Assembly: GCF_030028105.1 (NCBI RefSeq)
Contig: NC_092373.1
Span: 138,638,278 to 138,702,277, forward strand
Direction: 5' to 3'
DNA from: Mobula birostris
Taxonomy: Eukaryota
Length of the DNA stretch: 64,000 bases
This document shows positions 62,191 to 64,000 of the stretch, in pieces. The position numbers and the translations under genes were made by a program. Numbering within the stretch: the stretch's first letter is position 1; each line of letters begins with the position of its first letter. Under the pieces are notes generated by a model. It had not been told where the DNA came from, searched no databases, and worked only from the letters and a program-made list of their open reading frames with translations.

Positions 62191-64000
62191 TAACATACAT
62201 TTGACCTGAATGGCCTGATTTACGTCTTATAATTCCTGGGAAACAATCATAAACATAGCTCATATAACGCAAGATTATTTCACAGTGAAAACCAGACAAC
62301 ACATTCTCTTAACATTTTGCTTCCACCATCAGTAATTATATTTCTTCATCCATGTGCTCTCTGATGGCTTCTGGGTAAAGCAAGAGATAGTTGATTGGCT
62401 CTATATTGGGGCCATGAAATTGACATGGCATTCAACTCAATGGAACAGAAGGCTTTGAAAGAACTACCGATGACTACAATTTTGGAGAGTCCTGCTGGGA
62501 AATCTCGTGGAGTTTACCAAAAAAAAATCTTTGCTTTATCACAAGGATATCTTGCACTCTCCTGAGATAAATGTTATATTCACAATTTAAAACAATTAGA
62601 AATAAAAATCAGGAAAAAGATAGCAATATATTAAATTGGAGAAATATTTAGGGAAACACCTAGTTGTGTCTACCAGGGTACTAAAACCAATCACGTTTGA
62701 TTATTAAATTAGCATTTTTCATAGCTGAGTTTCAAAACTGCAGAGAATCTTGCAACCATACATTAAGTATATGCACATCACTTTCATCTACACTAGTTCT
62801 TTTTAAGATATGAAGGACTGGTGTTAAAGGACTGTAGCCCCCGGGTGCCCAACATTATGTACAAAATTAAGACAGCAGCAATTGTTTTTAAGCTCCACAG
62901 AGGTTAAATCACGCCCAAAGTACTAGAACAATAAGCTAAAGACTGAACACAATTTACTCAAATGGATAGGATGTGCCACCATTTAAGATCTTGACACTTA
63001 GCTGTTACTCAGTCCACCATATTGCTGGCTGTCAGTTCATCTGAAATTCTCTGACCAGGGCAGAATTATTCATGGTACAGAAATAAACCTTTCCACATTT
63101 TAATGAAAGATAATTACTATTCCAACTATATACAAACCGTAGTCCCACACAATTTAGAAAGGCATGATTTGTTTACCATTAGAAAATGAAAAGGAACTTG
63201 GACTTTTTCAAGCTGGCGATCTTCGAAGCTACTTTCCGAGCTTTTGCATAATTGATGAAACCGTTTGTAAAAAGCAAAATCCCTGTAAAACAAAGGAAGG
63301 GAAGGTAAAAATTACACATCTTTAGTTTACCTTACAATATCACAAGATATACAAGTGTCTTTAATACTGCATTTAGTGTTATTTCTCAACAGGTACCATT
63401 AGGAGGCTGTTAACCCAATCATGAGCTCTTAACATAAAATTCAATATATTGTGGCAGATTGTTAATGAAATGTATGGATCTATTTGTTTTAGAGACATGT
63501 ACTGTCAAAATGACAACCACATACAAACCACTGTCTGAACTATGCACAAGAAATCAGGCTGAGACAGCAGGGATATTTATACCTTTGCCTTTGAATACAC
63601 TTGTGTGATCTGACCATTGAATGAGTGTCTGTTCCAAATGTAATACAGTTCATTCATGACAACAAATATCCAATAAATAAACTACAAATTTGATGAGTAT
63701 GTGTATGAAGCAGAGGCACACATATGAGCCCATTAGAATTAGTATTTTTAGTTTAAATCCTAGAAGGTAATGACTCCATTTCTCAATGTTTGTCAGCTCA
63801 TTAGTTTCTCTCCAGGTTTGCCATCATGACCATGATGGGAGCAGGAACTGCGACAGCATTCATGTTATTATAATAGAGTACAACATCCATTGTACATCAA
63901 CTACAATGAATGGCGAACCAGCCTTCTGTATCAGCAAACAAAGTTACCATGGTGATAACCATACTTGAGTTTCATATCCAACAAATGCAGGCACTTCATC

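Noticed and set aside
63805-63968. Strong splice acceptor 'tttctctccag' with a short ORF
   Set aside because: No recognisable product in any frame

Overview
This is AT-rich, repeat-dense vertebrate genomic DNA, most likely from a cartilaginous fish (ray or shark). That inference rests on HE1-like V-SINEs together with abundant CR1, Rex1/Babar and Penelope elements. I found no host protein-coding exon I can recognise, so the window looks intronic or intergenic. It has several TE-free, homeobox-motif-rich stretches that may be conserved enhancers. Main content: (1) A full-length but decayed Gmr1-type Ty3/Gypsy LTR retrotransposon (48331-54739, minus strand). It has a SCAN-like gag, the unusual PR-INT-RT-RH order, a tRNA-Pro-like PBS, a PPT and two ~840-bp LTRs. 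(2) Two clades of Penelope-like elements whose pseudo-LTRs carry minimal hammerhead ribozyme motifs. One motif is intact (13656-13691). Several small fold-back derivatives have junctions at the ribozyme, and one has its own 13-bp TSD. (3) Many CR1 and Rex1/Babar LINE fragments, including a young CR1 with a 765-codon ORF2 remnant. (4) A 338-bp bipartite RTE-derived non-autonomous element with a 15-bp TSD. (5) Tc1 and hAT MITEs, a probable solo LTR, a 39-bp minisatellite and two strong non-TE hairpins. Most element classes are known; the specific families, the ribozyme-bounded mini-elements and the hairpins are the candidates for novelty. Boundaries of decayed repeats are approximate and were read by eye.
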